In this document: positions 27,597 through 39,619 of the stretch, in pieces
Position numbering within the stretch: position 1 is the stretch's first letter
How the letters are laid out: every line of letters begins with the position of its first letter
Origin: Haliotis rubra
Taxonomy: Eukaryota
Direction: 5' to 3'
DNA: 64,000 nucleotides
Assembly: GCF_003918875.1 (NCBI RefSeq)
Contig: NW_025765014.1
Location: 124,001-188,000 of the forward strand
The notes under the pieces: model-generated
What the model saw: the letters and a program-made list of their open reading frames with translations, nothing else
The model's database searches: none
What the model was told of the DNA's origin: nothing
Translations under genes and position numbers: made by a program

Positions 27597-27680
27597 CAGT
27601 GGAAGCTGTCTAAACCGGCACTCATCGGGACTGAAGAAATAATCGGTTTAGACAGCATGCCAGATTGTAGAGCTGACACA
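27597..27680 (+). mobile_element. pogo/Tigger-like MITE end fragment
   Basis: ta-cagtggaagctgtctaaaccgg with internal inverted cggtttagacagc; the other end was not located. Confidence 0.5.
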
Positions 27681-28393
27681 GTTACCTACAACTAGAACTG
27701 GACCAACTGTGTCACTCTCATATACATTGTTGTATCACATGGTTGTCTCAACTACTGCACACACTGACAATAGAACATGTCAAATCACTAATTACATGTA
27801 CAAGTATACCCATACTGAACTAAGATTAAATTATCTTTGTCGGCAACCATGTAGTTGTAACGCAGGATTAATTAGTGACAACTTGAAAACTTATATTTTA
27901 TTTTGAAGTAAATGCTGAACTATTGCCAATTCGGTACTTCTGTAAAATGATTGTTTGTTTGGCCGAGTTTATAGTGGCTGCAATGAAGACATGTTTACCC
28001 TCCCTTTCTTTGTTTATAGTCAATACTATATGAAAACAAACAGTTTCTAATGTACTATTTGGTGGGAATAGTGATATGCTGTTTCTTGATCCCTCTGATT
28101 TGAAAATATGCATTGCAAAGAAACGACATTTAACAGGATAAGATGAAACACATGAGATAGCCGGTCCTCTCTGATTATTACATATGTGTGTGTGACCATG
28201 TGGATGGTAATATCTAAGTTATCCAACATTTACTGCATCAACAGTCAGTATTTATGAAGCTATTGGTTACGTAAGTCCAGCTCCTCTGGCTGTCACATGA
28301 CCACTGTGCGACCACTGGGTCACACACACACGTATGTCACCGGCACACTGACCACGCTGACCACACTGCCGGACTGTTGTAGTAACTCTAACA

Positions 28394-28449
28394 ATGGCGA
28401 ATCCAACAACAGGAGTTGTCACGATGTCCACCATCACGATTCTCATCAG
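28394..28449 (+). CDS. TACC: Candidate alternative first coding exon of TACC (MANPTTGVVTMSTITILI-S)
   Basis: ATG in acaATGg context within a locally CpG-richer patch. The cag|gtaaaa donor is phase 2 and joins the 31480 exon in frame. Confidence 0.5.
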
Positions 28450-28791
28450 GTAAAATGTAGGGATGGTGTTATGTTAGACAAACTTGTCTCAGAAAATAAG
28501 TTATTTTCATAGAAACAAGAAACTATGTTTAAGTTGAAAAGGAATCCCTGTGAGACTGGATATGAATCTGTGAAAAATCCAAACTTGTTTCATCCAGGGC
28601 TGTAAGATCACATTGTGGGCTGGGCAGAAGGGAAAATAATATGGTTCAGGGACGAGCAGACATACTACTGTTATTTGGTAAAACTGAACCCAAGATCTAT
28701 GTGATGTTTATGTGTTGTGAATATTACTTCACGTATTGTTCACAACAATATGTCAGATCACACTACTTCTATATATATCTTCAGGCATGGA

Positions 28792-28942
28792 GCAGTAAGG
28801 AAGGATAACAATATATGGATGAACAACTTCTTTATTGCTGTGAGAGCGACGTTTCAGTGTTTCGGCAATAAAGACGTTGTTCATCCATATATTGTTATCC
28901 TTCCTTACTTCCCAACTGCTAAATGCCTCTCAAAGAAGTTAT
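28792..28942. mobile_element. Palindromic Penelope-like relic (family also at ~2116-2343, ~10402-10605, ~30790-30900, ~48085-48190, ~50490-50570, ~57116-57185)
   Basis: ~46-bp near-perfect inverted arms agtaaggaaggataacaatatatggatgaacaacttctttattgc / gcaataaagacgttgttcatccatatattgttatccttccttact. The shared extension ctaaatgcctctcaaagaag recurs in other copies. PLE assignment is inference. Confidence 0.6.
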
Positions 28943-28977
28943 GGAATTTTTTTCATTTTGAATGGTTTTGTGGTATG

Positions 28978-30585
28978 TTAGTGTTTGATGAACACTGTCC
29001 TGGCAGCCTTGTGGTTAAAGTGTCGACTATTCATGATTGCCAACATGGGTACTTATGGTTACTGTGATATATGATATGTCTGGAGTGTGATGGTTTATGG
29101 ACACTGTCGGGCAGCCTTGTCTGGAGGTTAAAGTGTGTGACTAAATTTGACTATTCATGATTGCCAACATGGGTACTTACGGTTACTGTGTATGATATGT
29201 CTGGAGTGTGATGTTTGATGAACACTGTCGGGGCAGCCTTGTGGTTAAAGTGTTGACTATTCATGATTGCCAACATGGGTACTTATGGTTACTGTGTATG
29301 ATATGTCTGGAGTGTGATGTTTGATGAACACTGTCGGGGCAGCCTTGTGGTTAAAGTGTTGACTATTCATGATTGCCAACATGGGTACTTATGGTTACTG
29401 TGTATGATATGTCTGGAGTGTGATGTTTGATGAACACTGTCGGGGCAGCCTTGTGGTTAAAGTGTTGACTATTCATGATTGCCAACATGGGTACTTATGG
29501 TTACTGTGCATGATATGTCTGGAGTGTGATGTTTGATGAACACTGTGGTTAAAGGGGCAGCCTTGTGGTTAAATGTTGACTATTCATGATTGCCAACATG
29601 GGTACTTACGGTTACTGTGTATGATATGTCTGGAGTGTGATGTTTGATGAACACTGTCGGGCAGCCTTGTTAAAGGTTAAATTGCCAACATGTACTTACG
29701 GGTTTGATGAACACTGTCGGGGCAGCATTCATTGATGATTGCCAACATGGGTATTCATGATTGCCAACATGGGTTATGGTTGTGTATGATATGTCTGAGG
29801 TGATGTTTGATGAACACTGTCGGGCAGCCTTGTGGTTAAAGTGTTGACTATTCATGATTGCCAACATGGGTACTTATGGTTACTGTGTATGATATGTCTG
29901 GAGTGTGATGGTTTATGGACACTGTCGGGGCAGCCTTGTGGTTAAAGTGTCGACTATTCATGATTGCCAACATGGGTACTTACGGTTACTGTGTGCATGA
30001 TTATGTCTGGAGTGTGATGTTTGAGGAACACTGTCCGGGCAGCCTTGTGGTTAAAGTGTTGACTATTCATGATTGCCAACATGGGTACTTATGGTTACTG
30101 TGTATGATATGTCTGTCTGGAGTGTGGTTTGATGAACACTGTCGGGTTAAAGTATTGCCTTGTGGTTAAAGTGTTGACTATTCATGATTGCCAACATGGG
30201 TACTTATGGTTACTGTGTATGATATGTCTGGAGTGTGATGTTTGATGAACACTGTCGGGGCAGCCTTGTGGTTAAAGTGTTGACTATTCATGATTGCCAA
30301 CATGGGTACTTACGGTTACTGTGTATGATTATGTCTGGAGTGTGATGTTTGATGAACACTGTCGGGCAGCCTTGTGGTTAAAGTGTTGACTATTCATGAT
30401 TGCCAACATGGGTACTTACGGTTACTGTGTATGATTATGTCTGGAGTGTGATGTTTGATGAACACTGTCCGGGCAGCCTTGTGGTTAAAGTGTGGTTAAA
30501 GTGTCGACTATTCATGATTGCCAACATGGGTACTTATGGTTACTGTGCATGATTATGTCTGGAGTGTGATGGTTTATGGACACTG
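28978..30585 (+). repeat. 106-bp satellite-like tandem array (~15 copies), SINE-head derived
   Basis: Period 106 (ctggagtgtg at 29201, 29307, 29413); the unit contains ggggcagccttgtggttaaagtgttgact...attgccaacatgggtac. Confidence 0.96.
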
Positions 30586-31092
30586 ATTAGTGCTGCTTAG
30601 AACAAATCATCTAATCATGTGAAGTCAGATTAGATGTGATTGAATATGTACAATGTTAATATTTCATCACTGAAAGGCATTGGAGATGAATGGCAGTATC
30701 ACGTACTCATTTACCAAGGAATATACTCCGGACCAATTTACCTTTTGTCCAATCAAGCACTTCATTTAACTGGTGGTTTTGAATATTTGAACTGAAGGAG
30801 CAAGCATACACTCTGAAACGTTGTGTTATTCACAACAAAGAAGTTGACATCCATAAATCTTGCTTTTCTTATGCATTCCACTTCTAAATGCCTTTCAAAG
30901 GTTTGAAAATTACTTATATGTCATACAGTTACACACAATACAAATACCGCATACTGGAGATGATGTCAAGGAGTCTGTTTTCTCTGTGTGTTGACAGGGA
31001 AATATTCTCTGCTATAATCCTTGTTAATGTCTTCAAATCAATAATCCCTATATCAGATTAAGTCCAAGCACTTCCAAAAGTTGATAGCTATC

Positions 31093-31262
31093 TCTCAGCA
31101 ATATTCCAACGATATTGTGGCAGTCTGTAAATAATTGAGTCAGACAATCCATGATGACATGTGTCAACCAAGTCAGCGAGTCTTACCACCCAATCTTGTT
31201 AGTCGCTTCTTACGACAAGCACGGGTTACTGAAGAATAATTCTAACCTGGATCTTCACTGGT
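31093..31262 (-). mobile_element. SINE family C copy (related degenerate copies at ~4765-4955 + and ~52205-52358 +)
   Basis: gtcaaccaagtcagcgag...ttagtcgcttcttacgacaagcacgggttac, matching 63935-64000. Confidence 0.78.
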
Positions 31263-31479
31263 CACTATCTCTTTTGAGGAGCAGTGGGTTGGTGTGTTGA
31301 CTAAGGCATTCACCATCATCAGCCCAGCCCAAAGTGTCTAATTGAAAAGATTTGATTCACACTTACTGACACAGCCAAGTTTCCAGATGCTAGTCCCCTA
31401 AATCTGTAACTGTTCAGACATTTTTTAGAGAAGACTAAAGAGTCATACACAGTTCTAATGAATGATTTTTCCTTTCCAG

Positions 31480-31651
31480 TGAGGATGATCTTATGTCCTT
31501 GAATACACCCCCTGCATCAGGGAAGACTGGCAACAGACAAGTGAAGAAACACCCTGCCGCCCGTGTGTTGGCAGATCAGTTGGACGGAGCGTCAGGGGAG
31601 ACGACTCACATCAACAATGTAGACAACATCCTCAAGTGTAGTCCAGGGAAG
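31480..31651 (+). CDS. TACC: TACC linker exon: EDDLMSLNTPPASGKTGNRQVKKHPAARVLADQLDGASGETTHINNVDNILKCSPGK
   Basis: Acceptor tttttcctttccag and donor aag|gtgagc. The 172-nt exon is open with phase 2 in and phase 0 out, and chains in frame to the downstream TACC-domain exons. Confidence 0.8.
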
Positions 31652-32079
31652 GTGAGCAAGGGAAGACCACTCTGTACCCCAGCCCTGTATACCATCTCTT
31701 GTGCTTATGTCAACTTGCAAGTTGTCCTGTTGGTACTAACTTTCATATATTGGGCTAAGAATCAGAGGTTTAATGGCTGATCAAGGATGTCCAAGAATTT
31801 GGTTAATTAATTCATAAACTAAAATTGTATCAAGTATTTTCTTAAGGAATGTCTTTTTTTATCATTTCATATTTGGGAAATTTTCATGTTTCCCATACCA
31901 TGTAATATTCAAGTAAATATTTGAGTTTTGGAGTGGAAAAAATGACAGTAGTTTCAGCATGAGTTTCTGAGCCATATGTAAATCTCTATGTCTTTAGCCT
32001 TCATTGTGATTGCCAAGATTTCTTGGGATAAGGATGCACCTGAGACAAATGTTCATTTTCACTGATTGGGCCCCTCCAG

Positions 32080-32319
32080 TTTGGTTTTGGGACGAGAGTG
32101 CCTGAGCTTCAGTTCCATGATGCATCCTCCTCCTCTCTCCCCGTTGCCATGGGTGACTCATGGGTGGAGCAGATCCACAACTACACGGAGATAGAGGACT
32201 CGAACCCAGGATTGTCCCAAGATTCGCTAGACGCCTTCCCATGGTGCCAAGCTTATGAAGCAGATGCAGGCGGTTTGATGCCGCACAGCGGGGACACACA
32301 AATGAATCTTGATCACGAT
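32080..32319 (+). CDS. TACC: Probable (possibly cassette) TACC exon: FGFGTRVPELQFHDASS...GDTQMNLDHD
   Basis: ctgat branch-like motif plus cccctccag acceptor and gat|gtgcgt donor. Exactly 240 nt, phase 0-0, open, and GC/CpG-rich relative to the flanks. Confidence 0.6.
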
Positions 32320-33682
32320 GTGCGTAAGGGTTACCCAGCATGCCTAGTACCGCAGCATGGCCGCCCATCATGTGTGAACCGCTGCCATCAGCTTCTGTGA
32401 CCTGGGACAGTCCATCCATGTTGCCTGGCTCATCCAAAACAGCTTGTTTAGTTTGTAGAGTTAGCCGTGTGATTGTTCCCGTTGTTTGCGTTGTGGCATC
32501 TGGACATGATTAACCCTTTAACCTCTGTAGGAATGTGTGGACACTAATCAATATGCCTTTTATCAATGGAATAACTGTTTTTTTAAGGCTTGAACTAATA
32601 CAGATTCCTTGTGAAGAGTATGTGTCATCTCACAAGTCAGGAGTTTGAGGAGAGCATTGATGGTGATGAAACCCAATCTGACGTGTGTGTGCAGGCACGC
32701 GTGCATGTGTGTGCATGGGCATCTGTGCATGAGTGTGCAGGTGTGGGGAATTGTGTGTGTATGCAGTTGTGTGCATCTGTGTGTATGTGTCATCATAACC
32801 CAGTGACATGGATTGTAGCTCATGCAGTCGACCTCTGGTTTGTCTAGACTCAGTTATAACCAGGACACGGCTGTCAGCATCGCCTGTCTGTCAGGTTCAA
32901 GCTGCAGAGCATGAAGCACAGTTCGGTGCATCTGCAGCAGGAAGATAAAACCTGTTCCACCTGGATCACAGAGGTCAAGCCCCTCCTCTGTGTCATCACA
33001 CTGCAGGGTCCAAGTCCTGAAATCATACACACATCTCTGTACCCACTGATCATCAGTGTTACAGTGTAATCAAGATGTTATCGTGTAATCGAGATGTTAT
33101 CGTGTAATCAAACTGTTACAGTGTAATCGAGATCTTGTGTAATGAATATGAAGTGCAGAGTCCACCCAGAGTTTGGTTGTCAAATACTCAATACCAACAC
33201 ACCACTTTTATACACACAATATCAATGTTTTTAAGTTGAACCTTCCAAGATTGCTGATAACCACTCACACACTAGTAACACTTTCTGTGTATGTGTAGTC
33301 AGACAGCTATGATTGAGATGATTTTGGAATGCAATGTCAATGCTTTTTGTATGACACCATTTCTCTGTAATTCCAAGGTTAATAGAAGACAGCTCTTTAA
33401 TTTAGCAAGTGTCTCATTGTCATGCGTTTGATCAAGTACAGTTTCTATATCAGGAGGCACGGCTGGCCCAGCCTGAAGAGCTGCAATTTGCTGTTAAGAG
33501 TTGCGTCCCTTGGCTGCACTTTAAACTGATGATTGTGGATTTGACTCAGGATTTACCATGATTACGATCTTTGATTTCTCCCCCATACTAGTGCTTCACC
33601 AATGTGTTAAACATTTGAGACTTTTCTCCCACATTAAGCTGACATGAAACCAAACTCACTCAAGTTGTTACTGAGATTTGTT

Positions 33683-33848
33683 GGGGCGGTGGGGTAGCCT
33701 TGTGGTTAAAGCATTCGTCACGCAGATGACCCGAGTTTGATTCCCCACATGGGCACAATGTGTGAAGCCCATTTCTGGTGTCCCCCGCCGTGATATTGCT
33801 GGAATATTGCTAATAGTGGCGTAAAACCATACTTACTCACTCATTCAT
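33683..33848 (+). mobile_element. SINE family A with TSD
   Basis: Full copy; TSD tgagatttgt at 33672-33681 and 33849-33858. Confidence 0.92.
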
Positions 33849-34025
33849 TGAGATTTGTACCATGTCTGAACAAAGTACAGTTGGGTATATTGAAACTCTG
33901 TGACTCCAGGCCCCGGATGTCCTGTAAACTCACCTTCCATATTGTTTGAAATTTGTTAACAGTGATTGTGTCCCTTAACATGGTGTTATCTGGATTAAGC
34001 AGGTTGTGTTGTTCTCCATCCACAG

Positions 34026-34100
34026 AGCGATAGCGGGTTAGCGGACATGAACCAGTCCATGGGGGACTCCACCAAGGAGGCGGTGGTCCAGCTGGTGCAG
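34026..34100 (+). CDS. TACC: TACC exon: SDSGLADMNQSMGDSTKEAVVQLVQ
   Basis: Acceptor ttctccatccacag and donor cag|gtgagc; 75 nt, phase 0-0. Joining to VLKYSQ gives the segment typical of the start of the TACC coiled-coil region. Confidence 0.8.
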
Positions 34101-35274
34101 GTGAGCTAACAGTCACATGTGTCGGTCACATGACAGTCATGTGACAGATTTGTACTCCACCTAAAATCCTCCTAGTTTTTGTAATACTGATAAGCTTTGT
34201 CATTAATTAAAGTGAACTTTTCTGCTATAAATCTTGGAAGATTTGCTTTATTTTTCTGCTTAAACGTTTTGGGGTAACATGCATGCATGCAGATGCTTGG
34301 TTGTAAAGTTAAGTACATATCTTTGATCTTGTTATTTTTTTAAAATTGGGCTTTTACAGTTCCACCTCACTCATTATTTTACATTTGTGCAAATAATTCA
34401 TAAATATTTTGGACAGAGAATTATTGTTTGTAAAGAATGAGCCTGATGTCTGTCCCACAGTCTGATATAAAGGTCTTGTGTCTTGCTTACCACCATACAA
34501 CCAAATCTCTATACACCCTATACAAGCATCTACATTAGCCCTCTTGAATGAATGTAATTATTTCCACATGAATTATATACATGTATACTTGATCTTGCCT
34601 GTTGTTGCATGATGGGGCAACTCACTAGTCAACCTATAGAATATCCCTGAATAAGTTTCTTAAAACATGATATTATCATGATTATTATTATTTTTAGTCC
34701 TCTGGATGCTTAAAACATTAATCCACTGACAAAGAATAATGCTGACTGATGTGTAAATGATAATGATGAAAGTAACAAAATCCTGCTTTACGTGCTTTTG
34801 ACCAGACATCATTTAATTACTAGGAAGACAAGTAACAAAATCGTCAGACCCTGTTCATAGACCGTTGTATTATTTTTTCTTAACAGGTTTTATTTTGGTG
34901 CCTACGTTTTTGTGTTGAATTACACATGGGGAATATGTGACATAAGTCTTTTGAGGTTCACACAATAATTGAAAATCATAAAAAAACTTTTATAAGAATA
35001 AACAGGATGTAACATGCCATCATGGTTGTCTCAAGTGATGAAGACTTATGTTGAATTCCCTATAATGAGTGTCTGGTGATGCAGACTTGAAGCAAATGAC
35101 AGTAAATCAAATTCACAAAATTAAGACTAGTTAATATAAATGGCTAATACTGTTTTAAAATGGTTGAGAACATTGATTTTTTATTTCTGGATGAGAAATG
35201 CTTCTACATCACCAGACATGAGTCAGGAACTACATAAACTAACCTATCTCTTTTGTTTCCCCACCGGCTTTAAG

Positions 35275-35295
35275 GGCAAAACTGAGAGTGTACAG
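35275..35295 (+). CDS. TACC: Candidate 21-nt TACC microexon (GKTESVQ)
   Basis: Branch point actaac, long polypyrimidine tract tatctcttttgtttcccc, ag|ggc acceptor and cag|gtaatg donor. Frame-preserving, phase 0-0. Confidence 0.5.
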
Positions 35296-35764
35296 GTAAT
35301 GCGGATGTTTCACTTCCTTTGTGTTGTGTTGTGGTTGTTGTTGATGGCGCCACCGTCACTGCCGATGTTGTCCCTGTGTCTAGGTGGTAGTGTGGGGGCG
35401 GGTACCCGGAAGGAGGCAAGCACCCAGGCACTACAGATACACTGGCTTACACACAAAAACCTGTTTACCATTTGTTGATTGGTTTTAACAGGGTTTTGAA
35501 ATTCATATTTCATCTTGATGACTGGTGGCATTTTATGTCAGCTTGGCAAGGTAAATGCATTGTACAGTTAAAATATATTCGTTGTATTTTTGTGGGTAAC
35601 TGTATTATAACATGGTGCTGCTTGACGTGTGCAAAGAAAATGGATTTGTGATTTAATTGCTTTCACTAATATTAAGAACATGTTTTGGGCTAAAGTTCAA
35701 AGATTAAGTTGGAGGATAGTTCATGAAGTGTCCGCATTGAAGGATACAAATCTTCTAATACTAC

Positions 35765-36180
35765 TAATATACCAGTAATATACAAGTAATATACCAGACA
35801 GTTACAGACCAGTAACATATCAGTAACATACCAGTCAGTAATGTACCAATGATATACCAGTAATGTACAAGGTATGAACAGTAATATGCCAGTGTATGTA
35901 CCAGTAATGTACCAATGATATACCAGTAATGTACCAATGATATACCAGTAATGTACAAGGTATGAACAGTAATATGCCAGTGTATGTACCAGTAATGTAC
36001 CAATGATATACCAGTAATGTACCAATGATATACCAGTAATGTACCAGTAATGTACAAGGTATGTACCAGTAATGTACCAGTAATGTACCAGTAATACACT
36101 GGTGATACACAAGTAGTATGTCAGAACTACACCAGTGATAGTTATGCTATTAATATACTAGTAACATGCCAGTACTGTTC
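35765..36180 (+). repeat. 11-bp-based composite minisatellite (accagtaatgt) with higher-order units
   Basis: Repeated accagtaatgt / accaatgatat blocks. Confidence 0.9.
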
Positions 36181-38047
36181 AGTATAACAGAAATATATCA
36201 CCAATGGTACTTTGCATCACATGTTGGGATTAATTAAAGCTTAATTGATTCAAACAGATTTTTGTTTCCTTGGTTTAGAGTCTTTTCTTAAAGGTAATCT
36301 TGGTATGCTCACTCTAGTATACCCACTGTGAGTGAGCTGGAATATCCAACAGCACAAAACAACCGACATTTCTCGAAGCCAGTGAATTTGTATGTCTCCC
36401 TTCACCTTGATCTGAGAATGATGTAGCACAATGGGTGTGACCTGTAGCTAGGTGGGTGTGACCTGTAGCTAGGTGGGTGTGTCATGCAAGTAGCCCCACT
36501 CCGTCCTCCCCATCCCTAGCAGCTGCAACCCACTAATTCATTTCAGCTTTTTGTTTTTCCTCTTCCCTTTCAGGACATTTGTCTTTTGGATGAAGCACAC
36601 ACTTCCATATGAATATTGTTGGTTTTATATTTGTGTAGAGTAAATACACTGTTGTAGCAAGTTCTTAATGGGACAATGCTGCCTTGTGTTATGTAAGCTA
36701 ACCCAAACTGTTCATCTGATGTTTGGTCCACTGTTCCTCAGTGGATGATGAATATTAAAACAACAGTTTAAGGCCTGCATCTGTTTGATGCAAGCATCTT
36801 TATTTTTCACATTATGCATTTCATTTCAAACAGTTTATGCTATGCATTTGCTTGCTCAATATTTGTTGAAAATATTTTTTCTTATGCTTTGTTTGGTTTA
36901 GATTAGAATGCATGGGAATGGAGGATGTTTGTTTTTGCATTATTTCAGACTCAGCTGTCTGTTGCCCATGTAGATTCCTCGAAGTCAGTGTTTGTTGATG
37001 ATTCTCAAATTATTGTGATTTATTTTGCAATATTCTTAACATGATCAGCTTGCATACAGCAGCTTCAGTTTATGCAGCATTGTTGTAAACTTTAAGCAAA
37101 CATTGTTCTTCTTTACTGGTTTTATCAAAGTGTTGGATATAACATTAGGAGTAGTATCATGTGGGACATGTGTCATCTCACATCAGATTTTTATACACTG
37201 GTGTGTATAACACATAAAGACTGGTGTGTGTGACATAATAACACTGGAGGTATATGACATAGAAACATGTGTGTATGACATGTATAAACACTGTACTACT
37301 GTACATCATTGATATTTGAAAGCAAATGCTTTTATGACAAGTATTTAGCATGGAATAGTTCAGATGAAAAATTTAAATAGAGTTTACATCTAGGATATAT
37401 TTGAAGTATGTTGTTCTTCAGGCTTGAGGAAAGTAACTCAAGTCTATCGGTTTAACTTTCTCAATGTGCAGACACGTCTTGACACTGCCATCAGTTAACA
37501 CTTCCTCAATTCCTCAATGTACAGACACGTCTTGACACTGTCATCGGTTAACACTTCCTCAATTCCTCAATGTACAGACACGTCTTGACACGTCATGGGT
37601 TATGGAAAGTAGTACGAGAATTTTACAAATAATGCAAGATATATTTTGTATTGCACTCCTTCATTTGCTTCATTAGACATTCACATGCAGTTATTATATA
37701 CAAATGATTGCCTTGATTCTTGTTATGATTGACCCTAACTCTGAATGGATAGTACAGGTAATCTACCATCGTATGGTGTCAGTAAATGTATGTATGTTAG
37801 ATAGGATGTGAGCTGAATGTGACATTGTAGTGAGGATTAAATTAGTCAGCAGAAAGTGTTGATGCTGGTGTTCATGAAGGTCTACCAAGTACCGCATGTA
37901 TTAGTGCATCAGAAAGTCCTTGCTTGGGGAGATATTTGTAACTGACTGACAACTGGTTTCATTATTCACTACAAGTCAACATGTTTGTCATAAATGATGT
38001 GTCGTGATTATAATCATCATCCCTGAGCTTCCATTCACTTGTCATGA

Positions 38048-38210
38048 GGGTGGTGGGGTAGCCTAGTGGTTAAAGTGTTCGCTCGTCACGCCGAAGACCC
38101 GGGTTCGATTCCCCACATGGGTACAATGTGTGAAGCCCATTTCTGGTGTCCGCCGTGATGTTGCTGGAATATTGCTGAAAGCGACATAAAATCATACTCA
38201 CTCACTCACT
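38048..38210 (+). mobile_element. SINE family A, near-consensus copy with intact A/B boxes
   Basis: tagcctagtggtt and ggttcgattcc; TSD acttgtcatga at 38037-38047 and 38211-38221. Confidence 0.93.
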
Positions 38211-38574
38211 ACTTGTCATGAACTAATTCATGTAATTTGACAATGCCAACAGATTGTGCAGAACATGGTTGTTGTTTGTAGTTTGTACTGACAAACATGG
38301 CCTAGTGTCAGCATTAGTGTTGAATGTGAATATTCTGTTGGAAGGACTTGTTCTGACAGGTGTTTACAGGGAACAAGGTAGGGCACTTGAAGGCAGTGCA
38401 TGACTGGACCAGCTGAAGACAGTATTAGAGACTTAACATTAAGTTGTGGGTGAAGGGAGGTAATTGAGTGTATCATAGGAGGAATTGTCATGGAGTGTTC
38501 AGGAGATTGGACAAGGGAGGTAACTACGTGTTCAGCAGAGTGATCAAGGGAGGTAACTGAGGTTTGTTGTGCAG

Positions 38575-38752
38575 GTGCTGAAGTACTCGCAGACAGACTG
38601 GAACAAGATGAAGCAGGACCTGGAGCTGAATTTCCAGGCACAGCTGCTACAGAAGGAGAAGGAGTGGAGCAAGAAGCTTGCCGCCGTGAGAAGAAGATGG
38701 GCTACGTTGAGGAGAACAACCGTGGGCTCAAGCAGACCAGTGAGGAGATGAA
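38575..38752 (+). CDS. TACC: TACC coiled-coil exon: VLKYSQTDWNKMKQDLELNFQAQLLQKEKEWSKKLA(fs)REKKMGYVEENNRGLKQTSEEM(K)
   Basis: tgtgcag acceptor and aa|gtaagt donor. Coiled-coil sequence continues only after restoring 1 nt near 38681-38685, which also gives the phase required by the next exon. Confidence 0.85.
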
Positions 38753-39368
38753 GTAAGTGGTGCAACACTGAAACTGAACAAACTTCCTTTGTCTGTCTGA
38801 GATAAGGGAGTTGAATAGATCCAAACATTTGGTGTTTGACTTGAGGATTGGGTGGTTTGTCCTTGTTTGGCGTAAGATTGGATGGTCTCTTGGTGTCACA
38901 CTTTGGGGTTTGGGTGATATGTTCTTGTGTTATGCAAGACTTGCAGGTTTGAGTTGTCCTTCAAAATTTGATGTACATACTTCAACATTGTGAAACATTT
39001 GAAATACTTTGCCAGCCCCAGTGTAATTATCATGTTGCAGCTGTGCTGCTAACAGCAATATTGTTGACTGCATGTGACTTAACACAATAACACAGGCGAA
39101 CATCCACTGCTAGTAGAGACAGGGATCATAACATGTCATGATACAAGTTGACTCTGTGATACGAGGTGACACGAGGTGACACAGAGCTACAAGGTGATAC
39201 AATGATACAAGGATACAAGGTGACACAATCATACAAGATACTACTGTTATCTTTATAGTAGTTTATCAGTCTAGACCCCATTACTCTGGCTATCAGGAAA
39301 AGTGTGAAATGATCTACAGAACATGGGATAGTTTTTGGTGATTGTAAGCTTGCTTTATTCTTTTACAG

Positions 39369-39412
39369 AGCAATTGTGTCTGAATTCGAGAAGACAATTT
39401 CTCAGCTGCAAG
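39369..39412 (+). CDS. TACC: TACC domain exon: (K)AIVSEFEKTISQLQ
   Basis: ttttacag acceptor and g|gtaagt donor; matches the TACC motif IVxE(Y/F)EKTIxQ. Confidence 0.93.
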
Positions 39413-39619
39413 GTAAGTTGGAGGGTTAATTATGATAGACTTTGATAATGGGGGCTCAATTATCTAAGGCTCCATAATTTGTTGTCTAGAGTTGCATCCC
39501 TTGGACATGCCAGAGACTATGATCGTGAGCTGAAATCCGAGTTCACCCTGCATCATGTCTGGTTCTCCTTCTACTTCAAGATGATTTACTATGATGTAGC
39601 TGGAATATAGCTGACTCTC

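Noticed and set aside
38048-38125. tRNA gene
   Set aside because: A/B boxes are present but continue into a SINE body and tail with TSDs; no complete cloverleaf or T-run terminator.
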